Origin: an uncultured delta proteobacterium
Lineage (GTDB): Bacteria; Myxococcota; UBA727; VGSZ01
Assembly: GCA_963775425.1 (NCBI GenBank)
Contig: CAVZJB010000004.1
Span: forward strand, 384,001 to 448,000
Length of the DNA stretch: 64,000 nucleotides
Direction: 5' to 3'
The notes under the pieces are model-generated. The model was not told the origin of the DNA. It made no database searches and saw only the letters and a list, made by a program, of their open reading frames with translations. Positions 9,468 through 17,531 of the stretch are shown one piece after another. The position numbers and the translations under genes are program-made. Position 1 is the first letter of the stretch. The number at the start of each line of letters is the position of its first letter.

Positions 9468-9956
9468 ATGACGGCGGGACATCGGATGATCCTCGGACTT
9501 GCGCTGCTCGCGTCGCTGCCCGCCCTCGGTCAAACGACGGCGGCGCCCGCGGAACCGCCGCCCAACCCCGGGCGGCCCGTGCACGTCGTCGAGGAGCGCG
9601 CCCTCGAGGTGAGGGTCGGCGCCGACGTCGTCGCCAGGGTGACGTCGGCGGATCTCGCCAAGGTCACCCCGCTGCCGACGGCGCGAAAGACCGGGGGCAA
9701 GACACACCTGTGGCCGCTCAAGGACGCCCTCGCCGCCGTCGCAGGGCCGAAGGCCCGCCTCGTCGCCGTGACGCTGCCGGGGGGTCAGCGGCTGGCCGTC
9801 GACGAGAAGGCCTGGGCGGACCCGGAGCGGATCCCGGTGGTGTGGCAGAACCGGCGCGGGCTCTTCAAGCTCGGCTGGGTCGATAAGCTCGGACAGCGCA
9901 TCCCAGACAGCCAGGAGCTGAGGGACGTGCGCGCTCTGGAGATCGTGAGGCCCTGA
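9468..9956 (+). CDS. Exported protein, possibly a degenerate molybdopterin-oxidoreductase-like (Oxidored_molyb) domain
   Basis: Signal peptide (ALG-Q). Pattern SADLAKV...WPLKDAL...LRDVRALEIV loosely recalls the family's 'dL..l / Gv.L.dll / vk.l..Iev' pattern. No Cys. Fold call is weak. Confidence 0.55.
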   Translation: MTAGHRMILGLALLASLPALGQTTAAPAEPPPNPGRPVHVVEERALEVRVGADVVARVTSADLAKVTPLPTARKTGGKTHLWPLKDALAAVAGPKARLVAVTLPGGQRLAVDEKAWADPERIPVVWQNRRGLFKLGWVDKLGQRIPDSQELRDVRALEIVRP

Positions 9957-9959
9957 AGC

Positions 9960-11369
9960 ATGCCCGCCGTCGACGACGTTCATGCGCCGGTGCGCGGGGG
10001 CCTCGATCCTCGCCTGCGCGTGCTCTTCCTCCTCGCCGTCGCCGTCGGGGTCTTCTTCCTGCACGTCGTGTGGCAGGCCGCGGCGGCGTGCGGCGCGCTC
10101 GCGGTGCTGTGGCTCGTCGTCAAGCTGCCCCCGAGGCGCTTGCTGCGGCAGGTGCTCAAGCTCTGGGGCTTCGCGCTCTTCGTCCTCGTGTCGTACGCGT
10201 TCTTCGCGAACAACCCGGCCACGGATCGATGGGAACAGCTCCCGATCGTCCCTGTGCGCATCAACGTCTCCGCGCTCGTGCTCGGCTGCTTGATGATCCT
10301 GCGCGTCATCGCCGTCATCCTCGCCTCGCAGGTCGCGCGCGCCGGCGACGTCCGCGCCGTCGCCGCCGGCCTCGGCAAGCTCGGCGTGCCGCGCATCGTC
10401 GCCGTCTCCATCGACACGGTGCTCTCGCTCCTCGGCGACGAGCCGCGTGGCCGCATGGGGCGCGGCAGCGGCGGCGGCACGGGGCGCGGCGGGGGCGGGG
10501 GCGGGGGCGGCCGAGGCGACGGCGGCGGCGGGGGACGCGGGCGTGGCGACGGCGAGCGCGCTCACGACGGCGACGGCGGCGGCGGCGGTTTCTGGCAGGC
10601 GGTGCGCCGAATCGCGCGCGGCGACGTCGAGCCCATCGTCCAGCGGCTCTCGCGCCAGATCGATCGCGCGCACGAGCACGCCGAGGCGCAGAGCGACGCC
10701 CTCACGGAGAAGGAGCGCACGCGCGTGGCAGACATCGGGGTCATCGCCGGTGTCTCGCTCACCATGCTCGGCATCAAGGCCCTCAAGATCCTGCCGAGCA
10801 TCCCCTTCGCGCCGGGCCACAAGCTCGTGTTGCTCACGCCGCTGTACATCGTCGCCGGGATGCTGACCCGCGGGCGGGGCGGCGCCACGCTCACGGGGCT
10901 CACCATGGGGACGGTGGCGTTCCTCATGGGTGACGGCAAGTACGGCGTGTTCGAGATCGTGAAGCACGTGGTGCCCGGCATCATCACGGACCTCTGCCTG
11001 CCCCTCGTCGCCGGCGGCGGGCGCAGACCGGGCGGCGTGGTGTGGACGCTGTTCGGTGGCGTCATCGCCGCGGGCCGCTTCGCCACCATCTTCGTCATCA
11101 CGCTGCTCGTTCAGGCCCCGGCTGTGGCGTACGCCATCCTCGTGCCCGGGCTGACGGTGCACATCACGTTCGGCCTCGCGTCGGGCTACGTCACCTTCCA
11201 CATCGTGCGCGCGCTCGATCGCTTGCCGGCGGCAGCGGCGGGGCGCTTCCCCCCGCGCGTGGATGCCCGCGGCGGCGCGCCCCCCGCCGCCGACGCGCCG
11301 GCTGACGACGCCGGCGGCGCCCCCCTCGAAGCCGGCGCAACGCCGGCGGAGCTCAAGGAGACAGGATGA
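9960..11369 (+). CDS. ECF transporter T-component (CbiQ/EcfT-like) fused to an S-component-like membrane domain
   Basis: N-terminal LDPR motif, TM helices and 'GLGKLGVP' typical of EcfT. C-terminal ~170 aa of about 6 TM helices with 'GGATLTG...PGIITDL' typical of S components. Confidence 0.75.
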   Translation: MPAVDDVHAPVRGGLDPRLRVLFLLAVAVGVFFLHVVWQAAAACGALAVLWLVVKLPPRRLLRQVLKLWGFALFVLVSYAFFANNPATDRWEQLPIVPVRINVSALVLGCLMILRVIAVILASQVARAGDVRAVAAGLGKLGVPRIVAVSIDTVLSLLGDEPRGRMGRGSGGGTGRGGGGGGGGRGDGGGGGRGRGDGERAHDGDGGGGGFWQAVRRIARGDVEPIVQRLSRQIDRAHEHAEAQSDALTEKERTRVADIGVIAGVSLTMLGIKALKILPSIPFAPGHKLVLLTPLYIVAGMLTRGRGGATLTGLTMGTVAFLMGDGKYGVFEIVKHVVPGIITDLCLPLVAGGGRRPGGVVWTLFGGVIAAGRFATIFVITLLVQAPAVAYAILVPGLTVHITFGLASGYVTFHIVRALDRLPAAAAGRFPPRVDARGGAPPAADAPADDAGGAPLEAGATPAELKETG

Positions 11370-12202
11370 ACAAGTTGGTCAAAGGCGACGGCCGCACGCA
11401 CATCGAGAGCTCTCTCATGCGCGAATCGCTCGTCGACAAGCGCGTCATCGCGCGTACGCAATCGGAGCACGAGCTCGCCATCGTTCCCGACGTCAAGCTC
11501 GTCGGCATCGGCGGGCAGTCGATCTTCGACCGCGGCAAGGAGGGCGTGCTGCCGCTCGTCGAGGAGATCAAGGACGCGCGGGCCAAGAAGAAGCGCATGG
11601 TGCTCGGCGTCGGCGGCGGGACCCGCGTGCGCCACACCGTCTCCATCGCCTACGACCTCGGCATCCCGGTGGGCGGCATCGCGCAGCTCGTCGGCGCCAT
11701 GGAAGAGGCGAACGCGGTGTTCTTGAACGCGCTGCTCGCCAAGAACGGGTCCATCGTGATGCAGCGGGAGCACTTCTGGGAGCTGCCGCTGTACCTCGAG
11801 AGCGGGATGTTGCCGATCATCATCAGCATCCCGCCGTATCACTTCTGGGAGCCGCCGGTCGACGACAGTCCCCTGCCCTCCCACGGCAGCGACTTCGGCC
11901 TGTTCATCTACGCCGAGGTGCTCGGCATGGAGCACGTCATCTTCGTCAAGGACGAGGACGGCATGTACGACAAGGACCCCAAGGCGCACGACGACGCCAA
12001 GCTCATCAAGAGCACCACGCTGGGGGCGCTGCTCGCGGACATGCCCGAGGAGCTCATCCTCGACCGCATGCTCTTCGAGGCGTGGCGCTCCGCGCGGCAC
12101 GTGAAGCGCGTCCAGATCGTCAACGGGCTCAAGCAGGGCGAGCTCACGCGCGCGTTGAACGGCGAGGACGCCGGCACCATCATCACGAAGGAGACGGCAT
12201 GA
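11366..12202 (+). CDS. mosA: Molybdenum storage protein alpha-like subunit (amino acid kinase fold)
   Basis: HIESSLMRESLVD N-terminus, DRG..GVLPLVEE, GTRVRH, DLGIPVG, PPYHFWE, ARHVKRVQIVNGL..G.LTRAL.GE..GT match Azotobacter MosA as recalled. Confidence 0.85.
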   Translation: MNKLVKGDGRTHIESSLMRESLVDKRVIARTQSEHELAIVPDVKLVGIGGQSIFDRGKEGVLPLVEEIKDARAKKKRMVLGVGGGTRVRHTVSIAYDLGIPVGGIAQLVGAMEEANAVFLNALLAKNGSIVMQREHFWELPLYLESGMLPIIISIPPYHFWEPPVDDSPLPSHGSDFGLFIYAEVLGMEHVIFVKDEDGMYDKDPKAHDDAKLIKSTTLGALLADMPEELILDRMLFEAWRSARHVKRVQIVNGLKQGELTRALNGEDAGTIITKETA

Positions 12203-13002
12203 GCGAGCGAAGAGTGATCGAGAGCGCGCTGGCGCAGTCGTCGATGACGAACCCGGCCACGGCGGGGTTCAGCTACGACGCCCAGGCGATGATGCCGGAC
12301 GTCAAGGTCATCAAGATCGGCGGGCAGTCGATCATGGACCGCGGGCGCGCAGCGGTGTTCCCCGTGCTCGACGAGCTCGTCGCCGCCAAGGCGCAGCACA
12401 AGCTGCTGCTTGGCTGCGGCGGCGGCACGCGCGCGCGGCACGTGTACGCGGTGGCGTCCGACCTCGAGATGCCCACGGGCGTGCTGGCCGCGCTCGGCGG
12501 CTACGTCCCCATGCAGAACGCGCGCATGGTGCAGATGCTGCTCGCCAAGCACGGCGGCATCTACATCATGCACGACGACTTCGAGAAGCTGCCGCTCTAC
12601 TTCCAGCTCGGCTGCATCCCCATCATGACGGGCATGCCGCCGTTTTCGTATTGGGAGAAGCCCGGCGAGCATGGCCGCATCCCGCAGAACCGCACGGACG
12701 CCGGCGTGTTCCTCTCGGCGGAGGTGCTCGGTGCCAAGCGCGCGCTGTACATCAAAGACGAGGACGGCCTGTTCGAGGACGACCCGAAGAAGAACAAGAC
12801 CGCCAAGCACATCCCGCGCATCACCGCCGCCGAGCTCATCGAGCGCAACCTCGATGACCTCATCGTCGAGCGCGTGGTTATCGAGTACCTGCGGCACGCG
12901 CGCTTCTGTCACGAGCTTCAGATCGTGAACGGCCTGAAGCCCGGCAACATCACGCGCGCCCTCGCCGGCGAGGACGTGGGGACCATCATCACGAAGGAGT
13001 GA
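12199..13002 (+). CDS. mosB: Molybdenum storage protein beta-like subunit
   Basis: ATGA overlap. VIKIGGQSIMDRGRAAVFP, HKLL, GTRARH, GMPP, IP..RTDAG.FL.AE, KDEDGL, TRALAGE.VGTIIT closely match Azotobacter MosB as recalled. Confidence 0.88.
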   Translation: MSERRVIESALAQSSMTNPATAGFSYDAQAMMPDVKVIKIGGQSIMDRGRAAVFPVLDELVAAKAQHKLLLGCGGGTRARHVYAVASDLEMPTGVLAALGGYVPMQNARMVQMLLAKHGGIYIMHDDFEKLPLYFQLGCIPIMTGMPPFSYWEKPGEHGRIPQNRTDAGVFLSAEVLGAKRALYIKDEDGLFEDDPKKNKTAKHIPRITAAELIERNLDDLIVERVVIEYLRHARFCHELQIVNGLKPGNITRALAGEDVGTIITKE

Positions 13003-13034
13003 GCTCGCTCCCGCGCCTCGCGACGCGGGTGAGC

Positions 13035-14087
13035 TCAGCCGCGCTCGTCTTCGTCGCGGGCGCCGCGCATGCCGCGCTCGAGGCGGTCGCGCACCTTCAT
13101 GTGCTGGCGGGCGCGGTAGCGGTCGTGGCGGTTCTCGCCACGCTCGTTCTCCTCGTCGGTCTCACGATCGACGAGCTGCATCTCGGCGAGGCCGAAGATG
13201 ACGCGGCCGAGGCCAGCGCGGTCCGCGGCGGAGGGCAGGAGCGCGTCGGGGAGGCGGATGGGGACGTCGACGATGAAGCTCACTACGCGATAGGTAGGGC
13301 CCGAGAACTCGTTCACGTGCCCCGCCGACTGCTCCTCGTGGCCGAGCTCGAGCTGGAGGTCCTGGGCGTACTCGCGATACCTCTCGTGGCTCTCGATGAG
13401 CGCCGTGAAATTGATGAGCAGGTTCACGCTCTGGCCCGGCGCCACGTAGTTGTACGGGAACAGGCGCGACGTCATCTGCGGCATCAAGGTGAGCACGTCG
13501 AGCGGCCGCTCCACGACGAAACGGAAGCGGACGCGGTCGTGGATGGCGGCGGCGTGGTGCTCCTTTTTCACGAGGAGCTTGGTGATCAGGCTGGTGCGCG
13601 ACTTCTCGCCGCCGACGTAGCTCACCAAGGGGAAGCCCTCCGCGCGCAGGGCGGCGGCGAACACATCCACCTTCTCGACGAGGAGCTCGGCGAGGCGCGA
13701 CTGCGACAGCGGCAAGCGAAACCGCAGCTCACGGGCCTCGATGTGCTGCACGATGTGCATCACCTTCAGGAGCAGACAGGCGAAGAACCGGTCGCGGCGC
13801 CGGCCGCGCTTCTCGGAGGCGTAGAGGAACAGCTCGAGCGGCGGGCACGACAGGAGCTCCGGCGGCGGCTTGTAACCGTGCTCCTCCTGCAGGTAGTGCG
13901 CGGCCAGGTCGCGCAGGTGCACGAGGCGCACGAGATCCTCGGGGTCGTCGGCGTCGCCCCCGAGGAGGTGGATGAACGACTTGACGTCGTCGATGGTCTC
14001 GTGCTGAAGCCGGTACCAGTCGACGACCGAGCCGCCACGAAGGATGAGGCGGACCTGCTCGAGCTCCGCGAGGGTGAGTGCGCGCAC
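13035..14087 (-). CDS. TIGR04552-like protein (RelA/SpoT-like nucleotidyltransferase fold)
   Basis: ELEQVRLILRGGSVVDW N-terminus; K..SLITKLL.K, HDRVRFR, EMQ motifs. Confidence 0.75.
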   Translation of the reverse strand: MRALTLAELEQVRLILRGGSVVDWYRLQHETIDDVKSFIHLLGGDADDPEDLVRLVHLRDLAAHYLQEEHGYKPPPELLSCPPLELFLYASEKRGRRRDRFFACLLLKVMHIVQHIEARELRFRLPLSQSRLAELLVEKVDVFAAALRAEGFPLVSYVGGEKSRTSLITKLLVKKEHHAAAIHDRVRFRFVVERPLDVLTLMPQMTSRLFPYNYVAPGQSVNLLINFTALIESHERYREYAQDLQLELGHEEQSAGHVNEFSGPTYRVVSFIVDVPIRLPDALLPSAADRAGLGRVIFGLAEMQLVDRETDEENERGENRHDRYRARQHMKVRDRLERGMRGARDEDERG

Positions 14088-14094
14088 TGGCTCG

Positions 14095-16776
14095 TCAGGG
14101 TCCGATCTTCATCGGCATGGTGACGGGCACCGGCGACGACGCGCGCGTGGCCGGGAACCGCCAGCGCTTGATCTCGCTGACGACGCAATTGCCCGCCGGC
14201 GTTCCCGCGAACTTGGAGTCGAGCACGGAGACGTTGGTGGTGTTGCCGCGCGCCTGGATCTTCCAAGCCATCTTGATCACGCCGCTCGCGCTGTGCCGCC
14301 GGCCGCACTTCTCGACGTTGCCGAGGTGCGACTTGACGACGACGAGGACGTCCGCCTTGGACAGCGAGTCCTTGACCGAGCCCGCCCTGTCGGCCGCGCG
14401 GCTGCTCTCGGACCTCCCGCTCGCCTTGCAGTCGAAGTCGAGCACCGGATCGCAGCCCTTGGGCGTCGCGTGCGACGCCGTGACCGCCGGCGGCGGGCTC
14501 GTGTGGTGCGTGCTCGTGTCCGCGCGGGGGTGCCGCGCGTGCGTGTCGTGGTGGACGGGCGCGTGGCTGGGGGCCGCGTGCTCGGGCTCGTCGGCGGAGG
14601 CGACCTTCCCGCCCTCGTCCTTGTCCTTCGCCGCGTCGGCCGCGTGCTCGTCGGGCTTGGCGTCCGGCTTGGCGTCGTCCGGCTTGGCGGCGTCCGGCTT
14701 GGCGGCGTCCGGTTTGGCGTCGTCCTTCGCGGTGGCGTCCTTCTTGTCGGCGTCGGCTTTCTTGTCGTCGGCCTTCTTGTCGTCGGCCTTTTCGTCGTCG
14801 GCCTTCTTACCGCCGCCGGCGAGCGGCATGAGCTTCCCGTCGGCGCCCATCACGAAGGTCTTGCCGTCGACCTGCACGAGCTTGGGGCCGTCGTCCTTCT
14901 TGAGGGCCACCACCGTGAGCACCACGATGAGCAACAGCACGACGACGCCGACGCCGATGCCGGCCGCGAGCATCATCGGCGACATGCGCGACGGCTGCGG
15001 CGGGGTGGTCATGAAGCCGCCCGGCGGCGGATACGACGGGGTCACCGCGGGCGCGTTGAACGAGGGCAGCGCGCCGCCCGCCGGCGCGAGGGGCGCACCG
15101 ACCTCGGGTCCGGCCTCGAGATCCTTGCCGGCGCCGAGCGAGCCGAACAGCGGGGCGTTGATCGACGCGTCGTCGGCGGGCGCGAGGTCGTCGTCGGCGG
15201 CGGGCATCGGGCCGTTGTCGATGCGCTTGATCTCGTCCTGCACCAGCGACGCCAGCGCGGACGCCGCCGCCGGCCGCCACTCCGGCTCCGCCGACGCCGA
15301 CGACGGCGGCGACGACGACGCGGTGGGCGCCTTGGAGGGGCCGCCGACCGCGCCGAGCGATCCGAGCGACCCCATGCCCGCCATCTCGGCGAGGTTGGCG
15401 GCCTGGTACACGTCGGTGAGGCCGTGAGGGCGCCACGAAGCGTCGTCGCTCGGCTCGTCGAAGGGGCTCGGTCCGGCGGCGGTGGCGCCGGGCGGGAGGC
15501 CGTCGCCGATGCCGTCGATGCCGAAGGCCGCGGCGCCGCCGGCCTGCGCGGCCCGGCCGCGGTCGTCCTCGACGCGCGGGATGTGCGGCATGGGCACCTT
15601 GTCGAAGAGGGCGCGCACGGCGGGCACCTCGCCGGCGGGGAGCCAGTCCTCCATGCCGATCTTCCACACGAGGCTCTCGCGATCGACGCGACCGGCCTCG
15701 ATGTGGCGGCCGACCTCACCGAGCGCGAGCGGGCCGACGTCCTGGTCGTCGATGGCGACGTGCCACACCTGCTCCGCCGGCCCGTCGTCGGCGCCGTCGG
15801 GGCTGCCTGGATCGGGGCCGCGCACGAGGCCCGGCTCGAGCTCGCGCGGATCGGGGCCGGCGTCGAAGCCCAGCGGGGAGTCCGCGGTCTGCTTGCGCAG
15901 CGCGTCCATGGCGCCGACGTCGAGGACGCGGGTGGGCCCGCGGTGATCGTCCCCCTCGGCGGAGGGGGTCGCGGAGCCGTCGAACATGGCGTTGAACGCG
16001 CCGGCGAGCTGGTCGTCGAGCCCGCCGTCCTCGTCGGAGGAAGCGCTTTGCGGCGGCGGCGGCGGCACCGGCAGGTCGTCGTCCTCGTCGTCGGCCGCCC
16101 GTTGGTCCGTCACCACGGTGGTGTCGACGCCGCCGCGCGCGGCCCGAGCGGGCTCGTGCTCGTCGCTGCGATCATCGCTGCGATCATCGCTGTGGTCGCC
16201 GTCGTCGCGCTCGTCCTCGGGGGGCGGCGACGGCGGCGCCTGCGCGCCCGTCACCTGCGGCGCGTGCGCCGAGAGCTCGGTTCGGTCGTCGTGCCCTCGC
16301 TCCTCGGGCTCCGACGGGAGACCGAGGTCGAGGGGGTTCTTGGTGAGCTGGGTCGCGTCGCCGAACAGCGAGACGGGGGCGGGCGCCGACGGCCCCGTGG
16401 TCTCGGGCGACGGCTCGTCGTCGTCCCGGGCGCGCTCCTGCTGTGCGCGCATGTCGGGGACGCCCGGATCGGTGGGGCCGCCCTGCGCGAAGATGTCGCC
16501 GCCGCTGTCGTCGTCGGGCGGGGACGCGCCGAGGTCGAGCCCGGGCGGCGGGGGCTGCATCTCGGTCACGACGGGCTTCTCGACGGCGGGCGCGGGCTTG
16601 GGCGCCTTCGCGGGCTTGTCCTCGGCCTTCTTGGCCTCAGCGGGCGCGGCGTTCTTGTCGGGCCGCACGATGATGACGTGCTGGCACTTCTTGCACTTGA
16701 CCTTGACGCCGCGCTTTCCGACCTTCTCGTCGGCGATCATGTATTGGGCGTGGCAACTGTCGCACTCGAACTTCAT
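14095..16776 (-). CDS. gltJ: Gliding motility protein GltJ/AgmX
   Basis: Zn ribbon CDSC..CKKC; GYF-like WHVAID..DVGP...VWKIGMEDW; WRPAAASALASLVQDE; single TM; TonB-like C-terminal domain. Confidence 0.85.
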   Translation of the reverse strand: MKFECDSCHAQYMIADEKVGKRGVKVKCKKCQHVIIVRPDKNAAPAEAKKAEDKPAKAPKPAPAVEKPVVTEMQPPPPGLDLGASPPDDDSGGDIFAQGGPTDPGVPDMRAQQERARDDDEPSPETTGPSAPAPVSLFGDATQLTKNPLDLGLPSEPEERGHDDRTELSAHAPQVTGAQAPPSPPPEDERDDGDHSDDRSDDRSDEHEPARAARGGVDTTVVTDQRAADDEDDDLPVPPPPPQSASSDEDGGLDDQLAGAFNAMFDGSATPSAEGDDHRGPTRVLDVGAMDALRKQTADSPLGFDAGPDPRELEPGLVRGPDPGSPDGADDGPAEQVWHVAIDDQDVGPLALGEVGRHIEAGRVDRESLVWKIGMEDWLPAGEVPAVRALFDKVPMPHIPRVEDDRGRAAQAGGAAAFGIDGIGDGLPPGATAAGPSPFDEPSDDASWRPHGLTDVYQAANLAEMAGMGSLGSLGAVGGPSKAPTASSSPPSSASAEPEWRPAAASALASLVQDEIKRIDNGPMPAADDDLAPADDASINAPLFGSLGAGKDLEAGPEVGAPLAPAGGALPSFNAPAVTPSYPPPGGFMTTPPQPSRMSPMMLAAGIGVGVVVLLLIVVLTVVALKKDDGPKLVQVDGKTFVMGADGKLMPLAGGGKKADDEKADDKKADDKKADADKKDATAKDDAKPDAAKPDAAKPDDAKPDAKPDEHAADAAKDKDEGGKVASADEPEHAAPSHAPVHHDTHARHPRADTSTHHTSPPPAVTASHATPKGCDPVLDFDCKASGRSESSRAADRAGSVKDSLSKADVLVVVKSHLGNVEKCGRRHSASGVIKMAWKIQARGNTTNVSVLDSKFAGTPAGNCVVSEIKRWRFPATRASSPVPVTMPMKIGP

Positions 16777-17204
16777 AAAAACGCCCTCGCCTGCGCTTCC
16801 GGCTGGGAACGCGCGCGATCATCCGATGGTCTTTCGCCGACGATACTGATCCCCGTCGTGGAGGGTCAAATCGCCGCACCGCGTCAACAGGAAAAAACGC
16901 CGCTTTGGCGCCGGAGTGCGCACGCGCGCACGGCTTGCACGTCGTAACGCCCGGTTCAAAGGTGACGAGTCGTGCCGTGTCGACGACGGCGCCGGCCGTC
17001 GCCCCGATCGGCGGATCCGCGTCATCGAGAGCGCCGTTGATCCGAGCCACCCGGAAGGGGACGGTGCTACGGCCACACGCCGGAGCGGAAAGGAGCTCCG
17101 AGCTCGGCGACGAAGACGCGCGCCGAGTTGAGCGCCGGGGCGCCGAGCTTTCCGCTCCGGCGGTGGCGACGTTGTCTAGCCTTCGCTGATTCCGAGCGCC
17201 CAAG

Positions 17205-17425
17205 CTGCACGCGCCCTGGTCTCGCCGAGCACGCCAACGCCGTGTCGCCCTGATGGCAGCCGTGGCCTTCAACCTGCTGCAGAACCTCGCGAAGCTCACC
17301 GCCTGAAGTCCGCGCCGACGTCGCATCGAGGCACGTCGGCGCGCACACGACCCGCACGAACCCGCCACGTGCGCCGATAGCGGGATCACAACACCGCTCG
17401 GACCCGCCGTTTCCTCACAACCTGC
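17205..17425 (+). mobile_element. Possible degenerate 3' remnant of an IS1182/IS5-like transposase with its right end
   Basis: VALMAAVAFNLLQNLAKLTA* (17244-17306) preceded out of frame by GL; GTTTCCTCACAACCTG at 17409-17424 resembles IS1182-type ends. Confidence 0.4.
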
Positions 17426-17531
17426 GGCGGTTGTTGCGCGCCGACGTGCCTCGCCACGTACTCCGCGCGGCGAGCCACCTTGTGGGCGGCTTCGCCGAGT
17501 GCTGCTACCAGCCCCGTTTTTCGTCAGCCTT

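Noticed and set aside
11366-13002. Tandem uridylate kinases (pyrH)
   Set aside because: Lack the PyrH KLSGE and GGGN motifs and the tsf/frr context; match the MosA/MosB pattern instead.
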